From: Blastocatellia bacterium
GTDB lineage: Bacteria > Acidobacteriota > Blastocatellia > UBA7656
DNA length: 64,000 bases
Assembly (NCBI GenBank): GCA_963765495.1
Contig: CAVXWP010000007.1
Coordinates: 416,001 to 480,000, forward strand
Direction: 5' to 3'
Part shown: piece by piece, positions 55,806-64,000 of the stretch
Position numbering within the stretch: the first letter of the stretch is position 1
How the letters are laid out: every line of letters starts with the position of its first letter
The notes under the pieces: generated by a model
What the model was told of the DNA's origin: nothing
The model's database searches: none
The model's input: only the letters and a program-made list of their open reading frames with translations
Program-made: the position numbers and the translations under genes

Positions 55806-56352
55806 ACTTGCCTCCTGAACAGGGGAATATCCCCTCTCTTTGACAAAGCGACACAAGCTCGGACCTTGCTAGAGCACTTGACGCGTTCCCACGAGCCTGA
55901 AACAGATTTCATCTCCGATTGCGGAGATCATTCTGCCGGCGTCGCCTCTCGTCTCAAACAGTCACTGCTTGCACTTATGTGCGCATTTATTACCGATGAG
56001 GGGCCTGTCTGCCTGCCAGGAAATATGATTGTTTTCTTCTCATCTGATCGACACACCTACCCAACGAGGCGCAATCATTCAAATGGACCTGGCTATTGCT
56101 CGACAAAGACAACTAGGGGCTAAAAGAGCTTCGTTATTCTGCGGAATTGAACCATAAGCCGTATGCTTTGTCAATTACTATGAATTTGCCGGTTGTAAAT
56201 GTTTTCAGTTAAGGGGTTAGCGCCGGATATCTCCTCTGATTCATTCAAAGTATCAAAAAAACAGACCGCTGATTCCCGCGAATTTTATCGGCTCAACCCG
56301 ATATTACGCGCGTCTCCAGCGGTCTATTTTTCTTCAGTCTGGACAGGTTTTA

Positions 56353-57108
56353 TTATTCGCCCTGCGTCCATCCCTTACCCTGATACTCCATATAATCCGC
56401 CGTATTTTGCGCCACCGCTCGACCAAAGTATCGCTCGACCACTCTCAGCGCCATATCAATTCCTGAGGTCAACCCTCCGGCTGTTGATATCTTGTCGCCT
56501 TCGACAAACCTCAGCCCGCGCTTTACCTTGATTTCAGGGAACCTCTCTGCGAGGTTGTCAATAAAATCGTGATGAGTCGTAGCCTCCCTGCCCGAAAGCA
56601 ATCCGGCGCGGGCAAGGACGAATGCGCCTGTGCAAACCGACATGGTAATATCGGCAGTCGCGCTCGTCTTGCGGAGCCATTCGTAGGTGGCCGGGGTTGC
56701 CCCGCCCTGAGCGGGTACGACAACGACACGAGGTGCGGGCGCTGTCTCAAATGTGTAGTCGGGAACTAATTTAAGACCCCCCGAAGCCGTTATCGTGTCA
56801 ATCTTGTCCGATACGGTGAACAACTCAAAGGGCATCATCTCTTCCATAGTCGGGCCGCGCTCTTCCACGTGAACATCCTGAAAGACTTCCCACGGACCCG
56901 TGAAATCAATCACCGTGACATACTGCGATATCACAAACGCCACGGGTATCTTCCCTTTCGCCGGAGCCACAAGCCTTTTGCCCGCAGACAGTGACGCCGC
57001 CTTGCCCCCGCCAGTCTTTGTCTCCTGTGCCTCCGATGGAGCGATGCCGCATGCCGCCATCGCTACCCCCATCGCCGTGGTGCTCGCTAGAAATTCTCTT
57101 CGTCTCAT
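56353..57108 (-). CDS. Tat-exported DJ-1/PfpI family protein
   Basis: MRRREFL twin-arginine signal; IDFTGPWEVF, SVCTGAFVLA, ATTHH, TAGGLTSGIDMAL. Confidence 0.9.
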   Translation of the reverse strand: MRRREFLASTTAMGVAMAACGIAPSEAQETKTGGGKAASLSAGKRLVAPAKGKIPVAFVISQYVTVIDFTGPWEVFQDVHVEERGPTMEEMMPFELFTVSDKIDTITASGGLKLVPDYTFETAPAPRVVVVPAQGGATPATYEWLRKTSATADITMSVCTGAFVLARAGLLSGREATTHHDFIDNLAERFPEIKVKRGLRFVEGDKISTAGGLTSGIDMALRVVERYFGRAVAQNTADYMEYQGKGWTQGE

Positions 57109-57171
57109 ATTGCCTTCCTCCTAACTTCAAACACTATATGTCCTGACAACAAACTACCTTTTTAACTTCCC

Positions 57172-57220
57172 TAGATTATCTACAGAAGGTAAGGATAAGA
57201 AGCTTTCTGTAGATTGTCAA
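57172..57220 (-). promoter_or_regulatory. Sigma-70 promoter of the DJ-1 gene overlapped by inverted-repeat operator boxes
   Basis: Minus strand TTGACA-17 bp-TATCCT; ATCTACAGAA / TTCTGTAGAT inverted repeat; TAGA-TTA-TCTA palindrome. Confidence 0.6.
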
Positions 57221-57360
57221 GGGGAGATGTCTTACTGGAAGCAGCACACAGGCGGGAGTGGCTATTGACATCATTGGTCGGAAGTTAATACTCTTGCGCT
57301 AGCGACGAATGCATAATTCACGATGACAATCCGATAACCGTTCAGAATGTGAGGGGTAAT

Positions 57361-59154
57361 ATGAACTTTGTACGATTGGGCAAACAGGCAAAATCGGAAG
57401 TAGATTTGAAGACCGTCTACGATGCGATAGTCGTAGGCTCAGGCGCGGCAGGCGGGATGGCTGCGCATGTCCTGACTTCGCACGGCATGAAGGTGCTGTT
57501 GCTTGAAGCCGGAAAGAAACTCGACATTGACAAGGAATTGAAATCCACCGAGTGGCCGTACGATCATCCCCGACGGGGAAACATGCCGCCCGGCTATCAT
57601 GCGTTGAGTCAAAACGAATACACGATTCGCAATCCGCCCTATGCTCAGGGCACATCCTTTGAAAAGGTCTTTTCTTATGTTCAAGGATGGGGCGGATCGG
57701 ATTACAGCAAGAACATAGTCGTAGACGAGCGCGATCATCCATACACGGGGACGAAATACGCCTGGGTCCGCGCTCGATGTCTCGGCGGCAAGACCAACAT
57801 CTGGGGGCGATTGGCGCTCAGGCTCTCGGATTTGGATTTTAAGGCAAAGACCCACGACGGGTACGGCGAAGACTGGCCAATATCCTACAAGGATATCGCG
57901 CCTTACTATGACAAGGTAGACCTCTACCTCGGCATTTCAGGTCAGAAAGAGAACCTTCCACATCTGCCCGACAGCATCTTTCAGCGACCGGTGAAGCTGA
58001 ATTATGCCGAGGTCATGTTGCGTCAGGGTCTAAAGAAGATGGGGCGAACGCTTACGCCTTACCGGGCGGGTGTTACCACAGACGGGCTAAAGCACAACAA
58101 GTACCGCAGTCGGTGTTTCGGGCGCGGAGCGTGCAATCGCCGCGCGGGCGGATGCGATATTCACGCCGCGTTCGATTCGCCTACGGGGTTGATTTACCCG
58201 GCTATGGACACCGGCAATCTGACTCTCAGAACCAACTCAGTCGCCCGCGAAGTGACGGTGGATAAAAAGACGGGAAAGGCGAGCGGCGTCTCGTTTGTGG
58301 ATTCGGAAACCGGGCAGACTTATGAGGCAAAGGCAAAGGTTGTGGTGCTTGCCGCCTCTACGCTCGAATCGGCGCGGTTGATGCTGATGTCGAAATCCGA
58401 TCAGCACCCGAACGGGATAGGGAACTCAAGCAATCAGGTAGGGCATAACTTCTGCGAGCACATAATGGGACCGGGCGTATACGGGCTGGTCAAAGACCTT
58501 GTGGGTAAGCCTCGCACGCTTGATGACGGCAAGCCGGGCAGCTTTTATGTAGCCAGGTTCCGCAATCTCTCCGAGCGCCATCCGAATTTCATTCGCGGGT
58601 ACGGGTTTGAAGGCGGTAGCGGAACGACTATGTTTCCGGGCAATGCGATGGACACTCCTGGTTTCGGGTCGGGCTATAAGAAAACGGTTCGCAACTATGC
58701 CGGGGCGTTTATCGGCATGGGCGCGTTCGGAGAAGTGCTCCCGCGATACGAGAATTACGTGGACATAGACCCGACGGTGAAGGACCGATGGGGCATCCCT
58801 GTCCTGCGGTTTCACTACGAGTTTGGCGATAATGAAAAGAAGATGGCCGAAGATATGGCCGTAACGGCTCGCGAGATATTTGAAGAATCGGGCATAGAGG
58901 TTCTTGGCGTTGACCGGGAGATTCTGACCGAAGGCTGGTCCATACACGAGCTTGGAACCTCTCGCATGGGGAGCGATCCGAAGACGAGCGCTCTGAATCA
59001 GTTTCAGCAATCTCACGATGTAAAGAACCTCTTTGTTGTTGACGGCAGCAGCCACGTGAGCGCGTCGTGTCAAAACCCGACCTGGACCATAATGGCATTG
59101 TGCTGGCGGTCTACCGATTATCTTGCCGATCAGTTAAAGAAAGGAAATCTGTGA
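57361..59154 (+). CDS. GMC family FAD oxidoreductase
   Basis: VVGSGAAGG, LLEAG, LGGKTNIWGR, DWPISY, IHELGTSRMG, QNPTWTIMAL. Confidence 0.93.
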   Translation: MNFVRLGKQAKSEVDLKTVYDAIVVGSGAAGGMAAHVLTSHGMKVLLLEAGKKLDIDKELKSTEWPYDHPRRGNMPPGYHALSQNEYTIRNPPYAQGTSFEKVFSYVQGWGGSDYSKNIVVDERDHPYTGTKYAWVRARCLGGKTNIWGRLALRLSDLDFKAKTHDGYGEDWPISYKDIAPYYDKVDLYLGISGQKENLPHLPDSIFQRPVKLNYAEVMLRQGLKKMGRTLTPYRAGVTTDGLKHNKYRSRCFGRGACNRRAGGCDIHAAFDSPTGLIYPAMDTGNLTLRTNSVAREVTVDKKTGKASGVSFVDSETGQTYEAKAKVVVLAASTLESARLMLMSKSDQHPNGIGNSSNQVGHNFCEHIMGPGVYGLVKDLVGKPRTLDDGKPGSFYVARFRNLSERHPNFIRGYGFEGGSGTTMFPGNAMDTPGFGSGYKKTVRNYAGAFIGMGAFGEVLPRYENYVDIDPTVKDRWGIPVLRFHYEFGDNEKKMAEDMAVTAREIFEESGIEVLGVDREILTEGWSIHELGTSRMGSDPKTSALNQFQQSHDVKNLFVVDGSSHVSASCQNPTWTIMALCWRSTDYLADQLKKGNL

Positions 59155-59762
59155 TGGCTGAGGAAGAAAAAATCTCACGCAAAGAGCCCTCTTTCAGCAG
59201 GCGCGATATGATCAAGGCGACGGCAGGCGCGGTCGTAGCCGCTCCTTTGATAGCACTTGATTCCAAAGCGGCTGTTCAAAAGGCTGCGCGAAAGCGCAGA
59301 CAGAAGGGAGCGCCCGCTTCCAAACAAAAAGCGCCTCTGTTTTTCACGCCCGAAGAGTTCAAGCTTGTAGATGAATTGACGGAATTGATTATTCCTGCCG
59401 ATGAGCATTCGCCCGGAGCGCGAGCCGCCGAGGTGACTGCCTACATCGACGCGCGTCTGGCCGAATCCTTCGAGCCGGGGCCTAAGACCCAGTGGCGGGA
59501 GGGGCTGAAAAACATTGACAAGCTTTCCGCCGAAATGCACGGCAAATCTTTTATGGCTTCATCGCCCGATGAGCGCGTAGCTTTGCTCACTAGAATCGCA
59601 AAGAACGAAAGGGAGCCTAAAACGCCGGAAGAGGTCTTTTTCAAAGAATTGAAATCGCGGACCGTGCATGCCTATTACACCTCAAAGATAGGCATTCATA
59701 CCGAGATGGAATATAAAGGAAACACCTATTTGAAAGAGTTTGTCGGCTATGACGCGACATAA
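59154..59762 (+). CDS. Gluconate 2-dehydrogenase subunit 3 family protein (Tat signal)
   Basis: SRRDMIK, LIIPADEHSPGARAA, YYTSKIG; ATG overlaps the GMC stop (TGATG). Confidence 0.88.
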   Translation: MAEEEKISRKEPSFSRRDMIKATAGAVVAAPLIALDSKAAVQKAARKRRQKGAPASKQKAPLFFTPEEFKLVDELTELIIPADEHSPGARAAEVTAYIDARLAESFEPGPKTQWREGLKNIDKLSAEMHGKSFMASSPDERVALLTRIAKNEREPKTPEEVFFKELKSRTVHAYYTSKIGIHTEMEYKGNTYLKEFVGYDAT

Positions 59763-59801
59763 GAGGGAATCAAAAGCGATAAGGGGCTCGAAACAATAAC
59801 T

Positions 59802-59831
59802 TTGACAAGGGGCGAAGAGGGCAGGTATGAT
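59802..59831 (+). promoter_or_regulatory. Sigma-70 promoter of tRNA-Pro
   Basis: TTGACA-18 bp-TATGAT, ending 16 bp before the tRNA. Confidence 0.75.
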
Positions 59832-59847
59832 ACCTCTTCGTCATAAA

Positions 59848-59921
<74 letters not shown>

Positions 59922-59940
59922 CTTTCAGTTTCAAACACTT

Positions 59941-59969
59941 AGCGGAGGCCGACCTGGCTTCCGCTTTTT
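59941..59969 (+). terminator. Intrinsic terminator after the tRNA
   Basis: AGCGGAGGCC-gacct-GGCTTCCGCT followed by TTTT. Confidence 0.8.
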
Positions 59970-60179
59970 CTATGTGACCTATATGTGACCGCACTTCTCC
60001 GGTCATGTCTTTTTTCTCTCCCCAATCGAGACTATGCGTTCATCATATCTATCGTTTATTGTTGTTGTTTGGATCGCCAATATGTCCGAGAATGTGCTTG
60101 GCGCAGGGCGGGCGATGATCATCAATTATGGTAGAATCAGTCTTCCCGTCTGTATTCTTCCTCATTCGCGAGGTCCGAA

Positions 60180-63011
60180 ATGAAGCGTTGCCCTATCTGT
60201 AAAAACGATTATGATGATGCCGTTGCATTCTGCGAAATTGATGGCCACGCGCTTGCAAATCTCTCTGATGCTGAAGCAGAAAAGGCTTCGGCGGCTACTA
60301 CCCCTCTTTCGGGTCTCATCAACACCCAGGCACCGTTTGAGCCTGAGCGCGCCGTGTGGCTTGCAATCTTGATCTGTGATGCAGTGGAAAGATTACATCA
60401 CAGCGGGAAGGTCATTGGCTCACTCTGCCCTCAAGATATTCTTGTTTCTACAGACGAGACAGGTAAGGAACGCCTGTATTTAGTCGCGCCAAAGGGTGGT
60501 GCTGACCAGTACGCACGGAATGAAAGAATGAGAGAGGCTGCCGATAATGTCTCTCCTGAGAGTGCTATGCGGGAAGCGTCCGGCACAGGCTACGCCTCTC
60601 CTGAAACGGCACAGAAAGATATAATTGATGTTCGGGCAGATGTTTATAGTATCGGCGCAATTCTCTATGAGATGCTCACAGGGCGAGCGCCGTTCAAAGC
60701 CTCTTCCCCGGCAGCGGTCGTAGTCAAACAGTTACTGGAAAACCCACGCCCTCTCCGAGATTTTCAGCCGGATATTCCTGAAAAGCTTCAAAGAGTCGTA
60801 CTTCGCGCTCTTGAAAAAGAGAAGGCCGACCGACAGCAATCCTGCGCTGAGTTCAGAAAAGATCTTGAGGCCGCCACCGCGAAATCTGATAGCGAGTACC
60901 CCGGGCTAGATAAAAACACACCTCTACAAATGAGTGCAATAGTAGAAATTGATCAGGCAAGTGATGCAGAAACCGAATATCGGGTTTGTCCGCTATGTTC
61001 GTATAAGAACGCTCCTGCTGATACTTTCTGTAAGAAATGTAGTACGCAATTAATTTCAGACCGACCGCTCGGAGAAACCAACTGCCCACGGTGCGGCTAC
61101 ACAAATCAACCCGATAGTCTGTTTTGTTTTGCCTGCGGTTCACAAATGACTATGACCAGAACCAGAGGTGAGGGAATGGTCTCCGCAGGACCGGGAGATG
61201 CGCCCGCGTCTGCGCCGAGCCCCGCTGTGCCTCGATCTGCACCTGCCCCCAGTATGCCGACGGGTGCTTTTTCTCCCGCCACTGCCAGTGCCGCCCCTCG
61301 CACGCTTAGAAAAGCCGTCTATGTGGTAATCTTTGGCGTTGCCATATTATCCGTCGCAGGCATTCTGGTTCTCCTGTTGTCTCGGTCGACCAGCATCAAC
61401 CCCTCTATTCCACCTCAACAGAGTAGCTCTAATTCGAATATTGGGATCAAGTCCAATTCAAATATTGGGACCGAACCTGAACCTGCTCCATCAGGGAGCG
61501 TGTCCAATTCAAATGTCGGGGCCGAGCCTGCTTCACCGAATGGGAGCGTCTCTATTGTCCTGCTTGTGACTCTTGTGGCGCTTGGCATGGGTGGTCTCGC
61601 AGTATTCTTCTGGCTTCTGCTCCGCCGAAGACCGCCTGTGCAGAAGAGCCGTCCGGTAATCGAAGGACGAGAGCAAGCGGTTCACCCCGAGCCGACTGCA
61701 ACTCTCCCCGCTCCGCATCCCGAGGTGCGTCTTCCTGCTCCGCCGCCCGAAGCTATGCCGGTAGAGCAACGCTTCCCCACGATGGTCAGCGAAAGCGTCT
61801 CGGCGCGAGCGGGGCAGGAAGACGCGGAGACCGTAAGGGTTCCTCAACCTCGACAAGCCCCTTCTCAAGAATCGATCAAGCGCTGCCCGTCCTGCGGGAC
61901 TGAGTTTCCTGTCAGCGCAAGGTTCTGTGTTCATGATGGAACGGCTCTCAAGGAAGAAGTCAAAACTATACCGGAAAAGAAAGGCCCGTCTTTTTACGAC
62001 CTGCAATCGGTGGAGATTAGAAAGCAGTGCCCAAAGTGCGGAGAGGACTATCCGCCAAACAAGAAGTTTTGCCGTTTTGACGGGCAACCGCTTATAGAGG
62101 TAAAGAAGCCACGCGAGAGCGACGAGCAACCGGACGAGATGGAGCCTATCGTCATTGGTCAGTACAGTTGTTTTGCCCGTCTGGGCGAAGGCGGCATGGG
62201 CGTAGTCTACAAAGCCCGTCATGTTCATCTGGATCGGCTCTCGGCAGTGAAGGTCTTACTGCCTCAAATGACCGCTCTATTGCCTGATGCCGTTCAGATG
62301 TTCCGGCGAGAGGCGCGGCTGGCCTCAAGTATAACTCACCCGAACATAGTTCTTATTTACGACTATGGCGAGTTGGATAAGAAATTGTTTTATCTTGCGA
62401 TGGAGTTCTTACTCGGAAAGAGCCTTGCAGAGATCATCGAACCACCGGGGCAGACATCTCGGCCGCTCCCCCTGCAACGGACGGTCGATATTACGCGGCA
62501 AATTTGCGAAGCTCTCGACGCGGCGCATCAGACAGGCATAGTACACCGCGATCTCAAACCGCAGAATGTTATGATCTGCAAGAAGTCAAACGGAGCAGAC
62601 CTGGTAAAGGTGGTCGATTTCGGCATTGCTCGCTCGTTGAGAGGCTACTCAGACTATCAAACTACCCCGGGGGCCATTATCGGAACACCTGCCTATATGT
62701 CGCCTGAACAGGCAACCGGATTGCCTGATATTGATGCGCGTTCCGATATATATAGCCTGGGATTGATGGTCTACGAGATGCTGTGCGGCAGGCCGCCATT
62801 TCAATCAGGAAAGTTGACGCCGATGCAGCAGGCGATTCGGCGCGCTCAGATGACAGCCCCCCCGGCTCCGTTAAGCAGCAGCCATCCTGAGTTGCGTATT
62901 CCAGCCGAAATAGATCAGGTGTTGATGCACGCGCTTGAACCGAATCGCAACCGGCGCACTCAGTCAATCAATCAGTTTATATATGAGATGGAAAAGGCGA
63001 CAAATTACTAA
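60180..63011 (+). CDS. Membrane Ser/Thr kinase: N-terminal pseudokinase, five zinc-ribbon modules, two TM helices, C-terminal intact kinase
   Basis: C-terminal LGEGGMGVVY, AVK, HRDLKPQN, DFGIAR, GTPAYMSPEQ. N-terminal half keeps GYASPE...DVYSIGAILYEMLTGRAPF only. CxxC pairs CPIC, CPLC/CKKC, CPRC/CFAC, CPSC, CPKC. Confidence 0.9.
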   Translation: MKRCPICKNDYDDAVAFCEIDGHALANLSDAEAEKASAATTPLSGLINTQAPFEPERAVWLAILICDAVERLHHSGKVIGSLCPQDILVSTDETGKERLYLVAPKGGADQYARNERMREAADNVSPESAMREASGTGYASPETAQKDIIDVRADVYSIGAILYEMLTGRAPFKASSPAAVVVKQLLENPRPLRDFQPDIPEKLQRVVLRALEKEKADRQQSCAEFRKDLEAATAKSDSEYPGLDKNTPLQMSAIVEIDQASDAETEYRVCPLCSYKNAPADTFCKKCSTQLISDRPLGETNCPRCGYTNQPDSLFCFACGSQMTMTRTRGEGMVSAGPGDAPASAPSPAVPRSAPAPSMPTGAFSPATASAAPRTLRKAVYVVIFGVAILSVAGILVLLLSRSTSINPSIPPQQSSSNSNIGIKSNSNIGTEPEPAPSGSVSNSNVGAEPASPNGSVSIVLLVTLVALGMGGLAVFFWLLLRRRPPVQKSRPVIEGREQAVHPEPTATLPAPHPEVRLPAPPPEAMPVEQRFPTMVSESVSARAGQEDAETVRVPQPRQAPSQESIKRCPSCGTEFPVSARFCVHDGTALKEEVKTIPEKKGPSFYDLQSVEIRKQCPKCGEDYPPNKKFCRFDGQPLIEVKKPRESDEQPDEMEPIVIGQYSCFARLGEGGMGVVYKARHVHLDRLSAVKVLLPQMTALLPDAVQMFRREARLASSITHPNIVLIYDYGELDKKLFYLAMEFLLGKSLAEIIEPPGQTSRPLPLQRTVDITRQICEALDAAHQTGIVHRDLKPQNVMICKKSNGADLVKVVDFGIARSLRGYSDYQTTPGAIIGTPAYMSPEQATGLPDIDARSDIYSLGLMVYEMLCGRPPFQSGKLTPMQQAIRRAQMTAPPAPLSSSHPELRIPAEIDQVLMHALEPNRNRRTQSINQFIYEMEKATNY

Positions 63012-63277
63012 AACCTGAATCAAGCCCTCTGATTCGTAAAAACAGTGGCCTGCGCTAAAACCGACGGGCCGGTTAGGGATTTCGTTTTGTTCTGCTTGAT
63101 TTAAGCAGGCACTCTATATGGTTCTCTGGCCGATCAGCCAACAATATTTTACTGCGGGTTGCATAAAACTTTGAGGTCACCGATTCAAAACCAACTCTTC
63201 TGAATCGCGGCATCTTCGAATTGTCGCCGCGGATCGTAACATCATCAGAGCCGAAAGGCCGTGGTATAATGGGGGCG

Positions 63278-64000
63278 ATGACCTGGGCCTACATAATCAA
63301 CTCATCGGATCGAAGATCGTTCAAACGTTGCCGGCGCGCCTGGGATCTGGGCGCTCACTCAAGACAGAACTACGAGCCGGTCACGCCCGTCGAGGTGTTT
63401 GATTTCAACCGGGCCATCTGCGACGCGCTGGCCGTCTATTACTTCCCCGGCATGTGGGAATGGAACCGGGAGATTGTTCTGCCTCTGACGATTGAAGGCT
63501 TTCTAAAGTCTATGCAAAAGCAGCTAGACCGCTACCTGCAACAGCAGACGTTGTCAAAGGAAGAGGAGCGGGATTGGAATGATCATCTCGAACTTGGCGA
63601 ATTGATGCTCAGGCGGTATTTTGAATGGGCCGCCACGATGGATAGTTTTTCCCCGATTCGGGTCGAAAGCCAGTTCGAAGTAAATATCCCCGATCCATTT
63701 CAGCCGGGCCGCGACCTCGCGTGGCGCGAAGGCGTGCCCATTCGTTATCGAGGGCGAATCCATCTGCTGGTCGTCGATGGGCACGATGCTTACTGGCTGG
63801 TTAAACATCAGGTCATTGATGAGCAGTGGAGTGATCTTGACGACCTGCTTCTTGATGAGCAAGGCATTTCATACTGCTGGGCGTGGGAGAACTTCTTTCT
63901 TGGAATGAAGATCGCGGGCACCATCTACAACGAACTGCGCAAGTCAGCTTTTCTGAGCGGCGGCACGATGTCGGGCGCCAGCCCAGTCGTCAACAGCCCG
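63278..64000 (+). CDS. PD-(D/E)XK (RecB/AddB/Cas4-like) nuclease-fold protein, 3' truncated by the window and absent from the ORF track
   Basis: Manual translation MTWAYIINSSDRRSFKRCRRAWD...IRVESQFEV...YRGRIHLLVVDGHDAYWLVKHQ...DEQGISYCWA...GTIYNELRK. TGGTATAAT extended -10 ends 7 nt before the ATG, suggesting a leaderless transcript. Confidence 0.8.
   Translation, partial: MTWAYIINSSDRRSFKRCRRAWDLGAHSRQNYEPVTPVEVFDFNRAICDALAVYYFPGMWEWNREIVLPLTIEGFLKSMQKQLDRYLQQQTLSKEEERDWNDHLELGELMLRRYFEWAATMDSFSPIRVESQFEVNIPDPFQPGRDLAWREGVPIRYRGRIHLLVVDGHDAYWLVKHQVIDEQWSDLDDLLLDEQGISYCWAWENFFLGMKIAGTIYNELRKSAFLSGGTMSGASPVVNSP

Noticed and set aside
55860-56350. Riboswitch in the long leader of the matrixin gene
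   Set aside because: A plausible promoter exists near 56145-56173 (-), but I could not match c-di-GMP, cobalamin, SAM or TPP consensus elements.

Overview
This is a bacterial chromosomal window of moderately high GC, most likely Acidobacteriota (Blastocatellia-like). That assignment is inferred from gene content such as the fused LptF-LptG, the TPR Ser/Thr kinases and the HYR-type secreted protein. Positions 1-15.4 kb hold an 8+ gene minus-strand operon: MoxR AAA+ ATPase, DUF58, two membrane vWA/GATase-like proteins, DUF4159, a DUF4175-like coiled coil, a TPR-gluzincin and a clan CD pseudo-protease. Next comes a 1477-aa secreted HYR protein. A mostly housekeeping stretch follows (folP, cysE, AlaX, asparaginase, ccsA-hemA-hemC, thiD, ispG, M24 peptidase, nudB, selD, lptFG). 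It is interspersed with an orphan tandem DNA methyltransferase, a frameshifted PaaA/BoxB-like di-iron protein under a PaaR-like operator, a frameshifted hybrid histidine kinase, a sigma-54-driven small membrane protein, a matrixin with near-identical Ig repeats and a GMC oxidoreductase pair. After tRNA-Pro(CGG) and an att-like scar lie a membrane pseudokinase-kinase protein and a PD-(D/E)XK nuclease homolog with substituted catalytic residues. The most striking non-coding signal is nine intergenic hairpins built from tandem 7-10-mers, in five sequence families; eight of them start at or inside a stop codon. There is also one GTAG-type REP doublet. I found no CRISPR array, rRNA, transposase or integrase. 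All domain calls come from motif recognition by eye, not database searches.
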